The translations under genes and the position numbers were made by a program. The notes under the pieces were generated by a model that had not been told where the DNA came from, ran no database searches, and saw only the letters and a list, made by a program, of their open reading frames with translations. From positions 270,754,001-270,818,000 of the forward strand of contig OZ024743.1 of assembly GCA_964016885.1 (NCBI GenBank): DNA of 64,000 bases. Direction: 5' to 3'. Each line of letters starts with the position of its first letter. Position 1 is the first letter of the stretch. This DNA is from Eledone cirrhosa. Taxonomy: Eukaryota. This document shows positions 15,701 through 30,700 of the stretch, piece after piece.

Positions 15701-17020
15701 CAGAGTGATATACAGCCAGAGTGATATACCGCCAGGATGATATACCGCCAGTGTGATATACCACCTGAGTGATATACCGCCAGAGTGATATACAGCCAGA
15801 GTGATATACCGCCAGAGTGATATACCGCCAGAGTGATATACAGCCAGAGTGATATACAGCCAGAGTGATATACAGCCAGAGTGATATACCGCCAGAGTGA
15901 TATACCGCCTCAGTTATATACCGCCAGAGTGATATACAGCCAGAGTGATATACCGCCAGAGTTATATACCGCCAGAGTGATATACCGCCAGAGTGATATA
16001 CAGCCAGAGTGATATACCGCCAGAGTGATATAACGCCAGAGTTATATACAGCCAGAGTGATATACCGCCAGAGTGATATACCGCCAGAGTGATATACCGC
16101 CAGTGTGATATACAGCCTGAGTGATATACAGCCAGAGTGATCTAACGCCAGAGTGATATACCGCCAGAATGATAGACCGCCGGAGTGGTATACAGCCAGA
16201 GTGATATAACGCCAGAGTGATATACCGCCAGAGTCATATACCGCCAGAGTGATATACCGCCAGAGTGATATTTCGCCAGAGTGATATACCGCCAGTGTGA
16301 TATCCCGCCAGAGTGATATACCGCCAGAGTGATATACATGCCAGAGTGATATACCGCCAGGATGATATACCGCCAGTGTGATATACCGCCTGAGTTATAT
16401 ACCGCCAGAGTGATATACAGCCAGAATGATATACCGCCAGAGTGATATACCGCCAGAGTGATATTTCGCCAGAGTGATATACCGCCAGAGTGATATACCG
16501 CCAGAGTGATATACCGCCAGAGTGATATACCGCCAGAGTGATATACCGTCAGAGTGATATACAGCCAGAGTGATATTTCGCCAGAGTGATATACCGCCAG
16601 AGTGATATGCCGCCGGAGTGATATACCGCCAGAGTGATATACAGCCAGAGTGATATACCGCCAGAGTGATATACCGCCAGAGTGATATACAGCCAGTGTG
16701 ATATGCCGCCAGAGTGATATACCGCCAGAGTGATATACAGCTAATTTGATATACCGCCAGAGTGATATACAGCCAGAGTGATATACCGCCAGAGTGATAT
16801 ACAGCCAGAGTGATATACCGCCAGTGTGATATACCGCCAGAGTGATATACCGCCAGTGTGATGTACCGCCAGAGTGATATACCGCCAGTGTGATATACAG
16901 CCAGAGTGATATACCGCCAGTGTGATATACCGCCAGAGTGATATACCGCCAGTGTCATATACCGCCAGAGTGATATACAGCCAGAGTGATATACCGCCAG
17001 AGTGATATACCGCCAGAGTG
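350..17020. repeat. Tandem duplication of an 8319-bp block (520 monomers): about 350-8670 and about 8670-17020
   Basis: ORF coordinates recur at +8319 (471->8790, 1405->9724, 3070->11389, 4220->12539, 5885->14204, 7823->16142). Only five substitutions were found by eye. Breakpoints are approximate to a few monomers. Confidence 0.95.
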
Positions 17021-20000
17021 ATATACAGCCAGAGTGATATACAGCCAGAGTGATATACAGCCAGAGTGATATACCGCCAGAGTGATATACCGCCTCAGTT
17101 ATATAACGCCAGAGTGATATACAGCCAGAGTGATATACCGCCAGAGTTATATACCGCCAGAGTGATATACCGCCAGAGTGATATACCGCCAGAGTGATAT
17201 ACAGCCAGAGTGATATACCGCCAGAGTGATATAACGCCAGAGTTATATACAGCCAGAGTGATATACCGCCAGAGTGATATACCGCCAGAGTGATATACCG
17301 CCAGTGTGATATACAGCCAGAGTGATATACAGCCAGAGTGATATACCGCCAGAGTGATATACAGCCAGAGTGATATACTGCCAGAGTGATATACAGCCAG
17401 AGTGATATACCGCCAGAGTTATATACAGCCAGAGTGATATACAGCCAGAGTGATATACCGCCAGAGTGATATACCGCCAGACTGATATACAGCCAGAGTG
17501 ATATACTGCCAGAGTGATATACCGCCAGAGTGATATACAGCCAGAGTGATATACCGCCAGAGTGATATACAGCCAGAGTGATATACCGCCAGAGTGATAT
17601 ACCGCCAGAGTGATATTTCGCCAGAGTGATATACCGCCAGAGTGATATACCGCCAGAGTGATATACCGCCAGAGTGAAATACCGGCAGAGTGATATACCG
17701 CCAGAGTGATATACCGCCAGAGTGATATACCGCCAGAGTGATATACCGCCAGAGTGACATACAGCCAGAGTGATATACCGGCAGACTGATATACAGCCAG
17801 AGTGATATACCGACAGAGTGATATAGCTCCAGAGTGATATACCGCCAGAGTGATATACCGCCAGAGTGATATACAGCCAGCGTGATATACGGCCAGCGTG
17901 ATATACGGCCAGAGTGATATACCGCCAGAGTGATATACCGCCAGAATGATATACCGCCAGAGTGATATACAGACAGAGTGATATACCGCCAGAGTGATAT
18001 ACCACCAGAGTGATATACGGCTATAGTGATATACCGCCAGAGTTATATACAGCCAGAGTGATATACCGCCAGAGTGATATACCGCCAGAGTGATATACCG
18101 CCAGAGTGATATACGGCTATAGTGATATACCGCCAGAGTTATATACAGCCAGAGTGATATACCGCCAGAGTGATATAGGGCCAGAGTGATATACAGCCAG
18201 AGTGATATACAGCCAGAGTGATATACAACCAGCGTGATATACAGCCAGAGTGATATACCGCCAGAGTGATATACCGCCAGAGTGATATACAGCCAGACTG
18301 ATATACGGCCCGAGTGATATACCGCCAGAGTGATATACAGCCAGAGTGATATTTCGCCAGAGTGATATACCACCAGAGGGATATACCGCCAGAGTGATAT
18401 ACAGCCAGAGTGATATACAGTCAGAGTGATATAGCGCCAGAGTGATATACAGCCAGAGTGATATACCGCCAGAGTGATAAACAGCCAGAGTGATATACCG
18501 CCAGAGTGATATACCGCCAGAGTGATATACCGCCAGAGTGATATACCGCCAGAGTGATATTTCGCCAGAGTGATATACCGTCAGAGTGATATACCGCCAG
18601 AGTGATATACAGCCAGAGTGATATACCGCGAGAGTGATATACCGCCAGTGTGATATACCGCCAGAGTGATATACCGCCAGAGTTATATACAGCCAGACTG
18701 ATATACCGCCAGAGTGATATACCGCCAGAGTGATATACCGCCAGAGTGATATACCGCCAGAGTGGTATACCGTCAGAGTGATATACAGCAAGAGTGATAT
18801 ACCGCCAGAGTCATATACCGCCAGAGTGATATACCGCCAGAGTGATATACCGCCAGAGTGATATACAGCCAGAGTGATATTTCGCCAGAGTGATATACCG
18901 CCAGAGTGATATACCGCCGGAGTGATATACCGCCAGAGTGATATACAGCCAGAGTGATATACCGCCAGAGTGATATACCGCCAGAGTGATATACAGCCAG
19001 TGTGATATACCGCCAGAGTGGTATACCGACAGAGTGATATACAGCCAATGTGATATACCGCCAGAGAGATATATAGCCAGAGTGATATTCCGCCAGAGTG
19101 ATATACAGCCAGAGTGATATTTCGCCAGAGTGATATACCACCAGAGTGATATACCGCCAGAGTGATATACCACCAGAGTGATATACTGCCAGAGTGATAT
19201 ACCACCAGAGTGATATCCCGTCAGAGTGATATACAGCCAGAGTGATATACAGCCAGTGTGATATACCGCCAGAGTGATATACAGCCAGAGTGATATACCG
19301 CCAGAGTAATATACCGCCAGAGTGATATACCGCCAGAGTGATATACCGCCAGAGTGATATACGGCCAGAGTGATATACAGCCAGAGTGATATACCGCCAG
19401 AGTGATATACCGCCAGAATAATATACAGCCAGAGTGATATACGGCCAGAGTGATATACAGCCAGAGTGATATACGGCCAGAGTGATATACAGCCAGAGTG
19501 ATATACAGCCAGAGTGATATACCGCCAGAGTGATATACGGCCAGAGTGATATACCGCCAGAGTGATATACCGCCAGAGTGAAATTCCGCCAGAGTGATAT
19601 ACCGCCACAGTGATATACCGCCAGAGTGATATACCGCCAGAGTGTTATTTCGCCAGAGTGATATACCGCCAGAGTGATATACCGCCAGAGTGATATACAG
19701 CCAGAGTGATATACAGCCAGAGTGATATACCGGCAGAGTGATATACCGCCAGAGTGATATACCGCCTGAGTGATATACCGACAGAGTGATATACCGCCAG
19801 AGTTATGTACCGCCAGAGTGATGTACAGCCAGAGTGATATACCGCCAGAGTGATATACCGCCAGAGTGATGTACAGCCAGAGTGATATACCGCCAGAGTG
19901 ATATACCGCCAGAGTGATATACCGGCAGAGTGATATACAGCCAGAGTGATATTTCGCCAGAGTGATATACGGCCAGAGTGATATACCGCCAGAGTGATAT

Positions 20001-23000
20001 ACCGCCAGAGTGATATACCGCCAGAGTGATATACAGCCAGAGTGATATACCGCCAGAGTGATATACCGCCAGAGTGATATACAGCCAGAGTGATATACGG
20101 CCCGAGTGATATACCGCCAGAGTGATATACAGCCAGAGTGATATTTCGCCAGAGTGATATACCGCCAGAGTGATATACCGCCAGGGTGATATACAGCCAG
20201 AGTGATATACAGCCAGAGTGATATACAGCCAGAGTGATATACCGCCAGAGTGATATGCCGCCAGAGTAATATACAGCCAGAGTGATATACTGCCAGTGTG
20301 ATGTACCGCCAGAGTGATATACCGCCAGTGTCATATACCGCCAGAGTGATATACCGCTAGTGTGATATACCGCCAGAGTGATATACCGCCAGTGTGATAT
20401 ACCGCCAGAGTGATATACAGCCAGAGTGATATGCCGCCAGAGTGATATACCGCCAGAGTGATATACAGCCAGTGTGATATACCGCCAGAGTGATATACCG
20501 CCAGTGTGATATACCGCCAGCGTGATATACAGCCAGAGTGATATACCGCCAGAGTGATATACCGCCAGAGTGATATACAGCCAGAGTGATATACAGCCAG
20601 AGTGATATACAGCCAGAGTGATATACCGCCAGAGTGATATACCGCCTCAGTTATATACCGCCAGAGTGATATACAGCCAGAGTGATATACCGCCAGAGTT
20701 ATATACCGCCAGAGTGATATACCGCCAGAGAGATATACCGCCAGAGTGATATACAGCCAGAGTGATATACCGCCAGAGTGATATAACGCCAGAGTTATAT
20801 ACAGCCAGAGTGATATACCGCCAGAGTGATATACCGCCAGAGTGATATACCGCCAGTGTGATATACAGCCAGAGTGATATACAGCCAGAGTGATCTACCG
20901 CCAGAGTGATATACCGCCAGAATGATAGACCGCCGGAGTGATATACAGCCAGAGTGATAAAACGCCAGAGTGATATACAGCCAGAGTGATATACCGCCAG
21001 AATGATATACAGCCAGAGTGATATACCGCCAGAGTGATATACCGCCAGAGTGATATACCGCCAGAGTGATATACCGCCAGAGTGATATTTCGCCAGAGTG
21101 ATATACCGCCAGAGTGATATCCCGCCAGAGTGATATACCGCCAGAGTGATATACAGCCAGAGTGATATACCGCCAGGATGATATACCGCCAGTGTGATAT
21201 ACCGCCTGAGTGATATACCGCCAGAGTGATATACAGCCAGAGTGATATACCGCCAGAGTGATATACCGCCAGAGTGATATACAGCCAGAGTGATATACAG
21301 CCAGAGTGATATACAGCCAGAGTGATATACCGCCAGAGTGATATACCGCCTCAGTTATATACCGCCAGAGTGATATACAGCCAGAGTGATATACCGCCAG
21401 AGTTATATACCGCCAGAGTGATATACCGCCAGAGTGATATACAGCCAGAGTGATATACCGCCAGAGTGATATAACGCCAGAGTTATATACAGCCAGAGTG
21501 ATATACCGCCAGAGTGATATACCGCCAGAGTGATATACCGCCAGTGTGATATACAGCCTGAGTGATATACAGCCAGAGTGATCTAACGCCAGAGTGATAT
21601 ACCGCCAGAATGATAGACCGCCGGAGTGGTATACAGCCAGAGTGATATAACGCCAGAGTGATATACCGCCAGAGTGATATACCGCCAGAGTGATATACCG
21701 CCAGAGTGATATTTCGCCAGAGTGATATACCGCCAGTGTGATATCCCGCCAGAGTGATATACCGCCAGAGTGATATACATGCCAGAGTGATATACCGCCA
21801 GGATGATATACCGCCAGTGTGATATACCGCCTGAGTGATATACCGCCAGAGTGATATACAGCCAGAATGATATACCGCCAGAGTGATATACCGCCAGAGT
21901 GATATTTCGCCAGAGTGATATACCGCCAGAGTGATATACCGCCAGAGTGATATACCGCCAGAGTGATATACCGCCAGAGTGATATACCGTCAGAGTGATA
22001 TACAGCCAGAGTGATATTTCGCCAGAGTGATATACCGCCAGAGTGATATGCCGCCGGAGTGATATACCGCCAGAGTGATATACAGCCAGAGTGATATACC
22101 GCCAGAGTGATATACCGCCAGAGTGATATACAGCCAGTGTGATATGCCGCCAGAGTGATATACCGCCAGAGTGATATACAGCTAATTTGATATACCGCCA
22201 GAGTGATATACAGCCAGAGTGATATACCGCCAGAGTGATATACAGCCAGAGTGATATACCGCCAGTGTGATATACCGCCAGAGTGATATACCGCCAGTGT
22301 GATGTACCGCCAGAGTGATATACCGCCAGTGTGATATACAGCCAGAGTGATATACCGCCAGTGTGATATACCGCCAGAGTGATATACCGCCAGTGTCATA
22401 TACCGCCAGAGTGATATACAGCCAGAGTGATATACCGCCAGAGTGATATACCGCCAGAGTGATATACAGCCAGAGTGATATACAGCCAGAGTGATATACA
22501 GCCAGAGTGATATACCGCCAGAGTGATATACCGCCTCAGTTATATAACGCCAGAGTGATATACAGCCAGAGTGATATACCGCCAGAGTTATATACCGCCA
22601 GAGTGATATACCGCCAGAGTGATATACCGCCAGAGTGATATACAGCCAGAGTGATATACCGCCAGAGTGATATAACGCCAGAGTTATATACAGCCAGAGT
22701 GATATACCGCCAGAGTGATATACCGCCAGAGTGATATACCGCCAGTGTGATATACAGCCAGAGTGATATACAGCCAGAGTGATATACCGCCAGAGTGATA
22801 TACAGCCAGAGTGATATACTGCCAGAGTGATATACAGCCAGAGTGATATACCGCCAGAGTTATATACAGCCAGAGTGATATACAGCCAGAGTGATATACC
22901 GCCAGAGTGATATACCGCCAGACTGATATACAGCCAGAGTGATATACTGCCAGAGTGATATACCGCCAGAGTGATATACAGCCAGAGTGATATACCGCCA

Positions 23001-24720
23001 GAGTGATATACAGCCAGAGTGATATACCGCCAGAGTGATATACCGCCAGAGTGATATTTCGCCAGAGTGATATACCGCCAGAGTGATATACCGCCAGAGT
23101 GATATACCGCCAGAGTGAAATACCGGCAGAGTGATATACCGCCAGAGTGATATACCGCCAGAGTGATATACCGCCAGAGTGATATACCGCCAGAGTGACA
23201 TACAGCCAGAGTGATATACCGGCAGACTGATATACAGCCAGAGTGATATACCGACAGAGTGATATAGCTCCAGAGTGATATACCGCCAGAGTGATATACC
23301 GCCAGAGTGATATACAGCCAGCGTGAGATACGGCCAGCGTGATATACGGCCAGAGTGATATACCGCCAGAGTGATATACCGCCAGAATGATATACCGCCA
23401 GAGTGATATACAGACAGAGTGATATACCGCCAGAGTGATATACCACCAGAGTGATATACGGCTATAGTGATATACCGCCAGAGTTATATACAGCCAGAGT
23501 GATATACCGCCAGAGTGATATACCGCCAGAGTGATATACGGCTATAGTGATATACCGCCAGAGTTATATACAGCCAGAGTGATATACCGCCAGAGTGATA
23601 TAGGGCCAGAGTGATATACAGCCAGAGTGATATACAGCCAGAGTGATATACAACCAGCGTGATATACAGCCAGAGTGATATACCGCCAGAGTGATATACC
23701 GCCAGAGTGATATACAGCCAGACTGATATACGGCCCGAGTGATATACCGCCAGAGTGATATACAGCCAGAGTGATATTTCGCCAGAGTGATATACCACCA
23801 GAGGGATATACCGCCAGAGTGATATACAGCCAGAGTGATATACAGTCAGAGTGATATAGCGCCAGAGTGATATACAGCCAGAGTGATATACCGCCAGAGT
23901 GATAAACAGCCAGAGTGATATACCGCCAGAGTGATATACCGCCAGAGTGATATACCGCCAGAGTGATATACCGCCAGAGTGATATTTCGCCAGAGTGATA
24001 TACCGTCAGAGTGATATACCGCCAGAGTGATATACAGCCAGAGTGATATACCGCGAGAGTGATATACCGCCAGTGTGATATACCGCCAGAGTGATATACC
24101 GCCAGAGTTATATACAGCCAGACTGATATACCGCCAGAGTGATATACCGCCAGAGTGATATACCGCCAGAGTGATATACCGCCAGAGTGGTATACCGTCA
24201 GAGTGATATACAGCAAGAGTGATATACCGCCAGAGTCATATACCGCCAGAGTCATATACCGCCAGAGTGATATACCGCCAGAGTGATATACAGCCAGAGT
24301 GATATTTCGCCAGAGTGATATACCGCCAGAGTGATATACCGCCGGAGTGATATACCGCCAGAGTGATATACAGCCAGAGTGATATACCGCCAGAGTGATA
24401 TACCGCCAGAGTGATATACAGCCAGTGTGATATACCGCCAGAGTGGTATACCGACAGAGTGATATACAGCCAATGTGATATACCGCCAGAGAGATATATA
24501 GCCAGAGTGATATTCCGCCAGAGTGATATACAGCCAGAGTGATATTTCGCCAGAGTGATATACCACCAGAGTGATATACCGCCAGAGTGATATACCACCA
24601 GAGTGATATACTGCCAGAGTGATATACCACCAGAGTGATATCCCGTCAGAGTGATATACAGCCAGAGTGATATACAGCCAGTGTGATATACCGCCAGAGT
24701 GATATACAGCCAGAGTGATA
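13850..24720. repeat. Tandem duplication of a 5441-bp block (340 monomers, +1 bp): about 13850-19290 and about 19290-24720
   Basis: Offsets 14204->19645, 16142->21583 and 17419->22860 are all 5441. The offset drops to 5425 after about 23.5 kb (18373->23798, 19205->24630), meaning one monomer fewer. The 17-bp monomer GATATACATGCC occurs at about 16331 and 21772. Confidence 0.93.
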
Positions 24721-27700
24721 TACCGACAGAGTGATATACAGCCAGAGTGATATACAGCCAGAGTGATATACCGCCAGAGTGATATACCGCCAGAGTGATA
24801 TACAGCCAGAGTGATATCCCGCCAGAGTGATATACAGCCAGAGTGATATACCGCCAGAGTGATATACCGCCAGTGTGATATACCGCCAGAGTGATATACC
24901 GCCAGAGTTATATACAGCCAGAGTGATATACCGCCAGAGTCATATACCGCCAGAGTGATATTTCGCCAGAGTGATATACCGCCAGAGTGATATACCGCCA
25001 GAGTGATATACCGCCAGAGTGATATACCGTCAGAGTGATATACCGCCAGAGTGATATACCGCCAGAGTGATATACCGCCAGAGTGATATTTCGCCAGAGT
25101 GATATACCGCCAGAGTGATATACCCCCAGAGTGACATACCGCCAGATTGATATACAGCCAGAGTGATATACCGCCAGAGTGATATACCGCCAGTGTGATA
25201 TACCGCCAGAGTGATATACCGCCAGGGTGACATACCGCCAGAGTGATATACAGCCAGAGTGATATACCGCCAGAGGGATATACCGCCAGAGTGATATACA
25301 GCCAGAGTGATATACCGCCTCATTTATATACCGCCAGAGTGATATACAGCCACAGTGATATACCGCCAGAGTTATATACCGCCAGAGTGATATACCGCGA
25401 GGGTGATATACCGCCAGAGTGATATACCGCCAGAGTGATATACAGCCAGAGTGATATACCGCCATAGTGATATACCGCCAGAGTGATATACAGCCAGAGT
25501 GATATACCGCCAGAGTGATACACCGCCAGAGTGATATACCGCCAGAGTGATATACAGCCAGAGTGATATACAGCCAGAGTGATATACCGCCAGAGTGATA
25601 CACCGCCAGAGTGATATACCGCCAGAGTGATATACAGCCAGAGTGATATACAGCCAGAGTGATATACCGCAAGAGTGATATACCGCCAGAGTGATATACC
25701 GCCAGAGTGATATACAGCCAGAGTGATATACCGCCAGAGTGATATACCGCCAGGGTGATATTTCGCCAGAGTGATATACCGCCAGAGTGATATACCGCCA
25801 GAGTGATATACCGCCAGAGTGATATACCGCCAAAGTGATATACAGCCAGAGTGATATACAGCCAGCGTGATATACGGCCAGAGTGATATACCGCAAGAGT
25901 GATATACCGCCAGAGTGATATACCGCCAGAGTGATATACAGCCAGAGTGATATACCGCCAGAGTGATATACCGCCAGAGTGATATTTCGCCAGAGTGATA
26001 TGCCGCCAGAGTGATATACCGCCAGAGTGATATACCGCCAGAGTGATATACCGCCAGAGTGATATACCGCCAGAGTGATATACCGCCAGTGTGATATACC
26101 GCCAGAGTGATATACCGCCAGTCTGATATACCGCCAGACTGAAATACAGCCAGAGTGATATACCGCCAGAGTGATATACCGCCAGAGTGATATACAGCCA
26201 GAGTGATATACAGCCAGAGTGATATACAGCCAGAAGATATACCGCCAGAGTGATATAACGCCAGGTTTATATACAGCCAGAGTGATATACCGCCTCAGTT
26301 ATATACCGCCAGAGTGATATACAGCCAGAGTGATATACAGCCAGAGTGATATACCGCCAGAGTGATATACCGCCAGAGTGATATACCGCCAGAGTGATAT
26401 ACCGCCAGAGTGATATACCGCCAGAGTGATATAGAGCCAGAGTGATATACCGCCAGAGTGATATACCGCCAGAGTGATATACAGCCAGAGTGATAAACAG
26501 CCAGAGTGATATACCGCCAGAGTGATATACAGCCAGAGTGATATACCGCCTCAGTTATATACCGCCAGAGTGATATACAGCCAGAGTGATATACCGCCAG
26601 AGTGATATACCGCCAGAGTTATATACCGCCAGATTGATATACCGCCAGAGTGATATACAGCCAGAGTGATATACCGCCAGAGTGATATACCGCCAGAGTG
26701 ATATACAGCCAGAGTGATAAACAGCCAGAGTGATATACCGCCAGAATGATATACAGCCAGAGTGATATACAGCCAGAGTGATATACAGCCAGAGTGATAT
26801 ACCCCCAGTGTGATATACCGCCAGAGTGATATACCGCCAGAGTCATATACAGCCAGTGTGATATACCGCCAGAGTGATATACAGCCAGAGTGATATACCC
26901 CCAGAGTGATATACCGCCAGAGTGATATACAGCCAGAGTGATATACCGCCAGAGTGATATAGCGCCAGAGTGATCTACCGCCAGAGTGATATACCGCCAG
27001 AGTGATATACCGCCAGTGTGATATACAGCCAGAGTGATATACAGCCAGAGTGATATACAGCCAGGGTGATATACCGCCAGAGTGATATACAGCCAGAGTG
27101 ATATACCGACAGAGTGATATACAGCCAGAGTGATATACCGCCAGAGTGATATACCGCCAGAGTGATATACAGCCAGAGTGATATCCCGCCAGAGTGATAT
27201 ACAGCCAGAGTGATATACCGCCAGAGTGATATACCGCCAGTGTGATATACCGCCAGAGTGATATACCGCCAGAGTGATATAGCGGCAGAGTGATATACCG
27301 CCAGAGTCATATACCGCCAGAGTGATATTTCGCCAGAGTGATATACCGCCAGAGTGATATACCGCTAGAGTGATATACCGCCAGAGTGATATACCGTCAG
27401 AGTGATATACCGCCAGAGTGATATACCGCCAGAGTGATATACCGCCAGAGTGATATACAGCCAGAGTGATATTTCGCCAGAGTGATATACCGCCAGAGTG
27501 ATATACCGCCAGAGTGATATGCCGCCAGAGTAATATACACCCAGAGTGATATACCGCCAGTGTGATGTACCGCCAGAGTGATATACCGCCAGTGTGATAT
27601 ACCGCCAGAGTGATATACCGCCAGTGTGATATACCGCCTGAGTGATATACCGCCAGAGTGATATACCGCCTCAGTTATATACCGCCAGAGTGATATACAG

Positions 27701-30700
27701 CCAGAGTGATATACCGCCAGAGTTATATACCGCCAGAGTGATATACCGCCAGAGTGATATACCGTCAGAGTGATATACCGCCAGAGTGATATACCGCCAG
27801 AGTGATATACCGCCAGAGTGATATACAGCCAGAGTGATATTTCGCCAGAGTGATATACCGCCAGAGTGATATACCCCCAGAGTGACATACCGCCAGATTG
27901 ATATACAGCCAGAGTGATATACCGCCAGTGTGATATACCGCCAGAGTGATATACCGCCAGGGTGACATACCGCCAGAGTGATATACAGCCAGAGTGATAT
28001 ACCGCCAGAGGGATATACCGCCAGAGTGATATACCGCCTCATTTATATACCGCCAGAGTGATATACAGCCACAGTGATATACCGCCAGAGTTATATACCG
28101 CCAGAGTGATATACCGCGAGGGTGATATACCGCCAGAGTGATATACCGCCAGAGTGATATACAGCCAGAGTGATATGCCGCCATAGTGATATACCGCCAG
28201 AGTGATATACAGCCAGAGTGATATACCGCCAGAGTGATACACCGCCAGAGTGATATACCGCCAGAGTGATATACAGCCAGATTGATATACAGCCAGAGTG
28301 ATATACCGCCAGAGTGATACACCGCCAGAGTGATATACCGCCAGAGTGATATACAGCCAGAGTGATATACAGCCAGAGTGATATACCGCAAGAGTGATAT
28401 ACCGCCAGAGTGATATACCGCCAGAGTGATATACAGCCAGAGTGATATACCGCCAGAGTGATATACCGCCAGGGTGATATTTCGCCAGAGTGATATACCG
28501 CCAGAGTGATATACCGCCAGAGTGATATACCGCCAGAGTGATATACCGCCAAAGTGATATACAGCCAGAGTGATATACAGCCAGCGTGATATACGGCCAG
28601 AGTGATATACCGCAAGAGTGATATACCGCCAGAGTGATATACCGCCAGAGTGATATACAGCCAGAGTGATATACCGCCAGAGTGATATACCGCCAGAGTG
28701 ATATTTCGCCAGAGTGATATACCGCCAGAGTGATATACCGCCAGAGTGATATACCGCCAGAGTGATATACCGCCAGAGTGATATACCGCCAGAGTGATAT
28801 ACCGCCAGTGTGATATACCGCCAGAGTGATATACCGCCAGTCTAATATACCGCCAGACTGAAATACAGCCAGAGTGATATACCGCCAGAGTGATATACCG
28901 CCAGAGTGATATACCGCCAGAGTGATATACCGCCAAAGTGATATACAGCCAGAGTGATATACAGCCAGCGTGATATACGGCCAGAGTGATATACCGCAAG
29001 AGTGATATACCGCCAGAGTGATATACCGCCAGAGTGATATACAGCCAGAGTGATATACCGCCAGAGTGATATACCGCCAGAGTGATATTTCGCCAGAGTG
29101 ATATGCCGCCAGAGTGATATACCGCCAGAGTGATATACCGCCAGAGTGATATACCGCCAGAGTGATATACCGCCAGAGTGATATACCGCCAGTGTGATAT
29201 ACCGCCAGAGTGATATACCGCCAGTCTGATATACCGCCAGACTGAAATACAGCCAGAGTGATATACCGCCAGAGTGATATACCGCCAGAGTGATATACAG
29301 CCAGAGTGATATACAGCCAGAGTGATATACAGCCAGAAGATATACCGCCAGAGTGATATAACGCCAGGTTTATATACAGCCAGAGTGATATACCGCCTCA
29401 GTTATATACCGCCAGAGTGATATACAGCCAGAGTGATATACAGCCAGAGTGATATACCGCCAGAGTGATATACCGCCAGAGTGATATACCGCCAGAGTGA
29501 TATACCGCCAGAGTGATATACCGCCAGAGTGATATAGAGCCAGAGTGATATACCGCCAGAGTGATATACCGCCAGAGTGATATACAGCCAGAGTGATAAA
29601 CAGCCAGAGTGATATACCGCCAGAGTGATATACAGCCAGAGTGATATACCGCCTCAGTTATATACCGCCAGAGTGATATACAGCCAGAGTGATATACCGC
29701 CAGAGTGATATACCGCCAGAGTTATATACCGCCAGATTGATATACCGCCAGAGTGATATACAGCCAGAGTGATATACCGCCAGAGTGATATACCGCCAGA
29801 GTGATATACAGCCAGAGTGATAAACAGCCAGAGTGATATACCGCCAGAATGATATACAGCCAGAGTGATATACAGCCAGAGTGATATACAGCCAGAGTGA
29901 TATACCCCCAGTGTGATATACCGCCAGAGTGATATACCGCCAGAGTCATATACAGCCAGTGTGATATACCGCCAGAGTGATATACAGCCAGAGTGATATA
30001 CCCCCAGAGTGATATACCGCCAGAGTGATATACAGCCAGAGTGATATACCGCCAGAGTGATATAGCGCCAGAGTGATATACCGCCAGAGTGATATACCGC
30101 CAGAGTGATATACCGCCAGTGTGATATACAGCCAGAGTGATATACAGCCAGAGTGATATACAGCCAGGGTGATATACCGCCAGAGTGATATACAGCCAGA
30201 GTGATATACCGACAGAGTGATATACAGCCAGAGTGATATACCGCCAGAGTGATATACCGCCAGAGTGATATACAGCCAGAGTGATATCCCGCCAGAGTGA
30301 TATACAGCCAGAGTGATATACCGCCAGAGTGATATACCGCCAGTGTGATATACCGCCAGAGTGATATACCGCCAGAGTGATATAGCGGCAGAGTGATATA
30401 CCGCCAGAGTCATATACCGCCAGAGTGATATTTCGCCAGAGTGATATACCGCCAGAGTGATATACCGCTAGAGTGATATACCGCCAGAGTGATATACCGT
30501 CAGAGTGATATACCGCCAGAGTGATATACCGCCAGAGTGATATACCGCCAGAGTGATATACAGCCAGAGTGATATTTCGCCAGAGTGATATACCGCCAGA
30601 GTGATATACCGCCAGAGTGATATGCCGCCAGAGTAATATACAGCCAGAGTGATATACCGCCAGTGTGATGTACCGCCAGAGTGATATACCGCCAGTGTGA

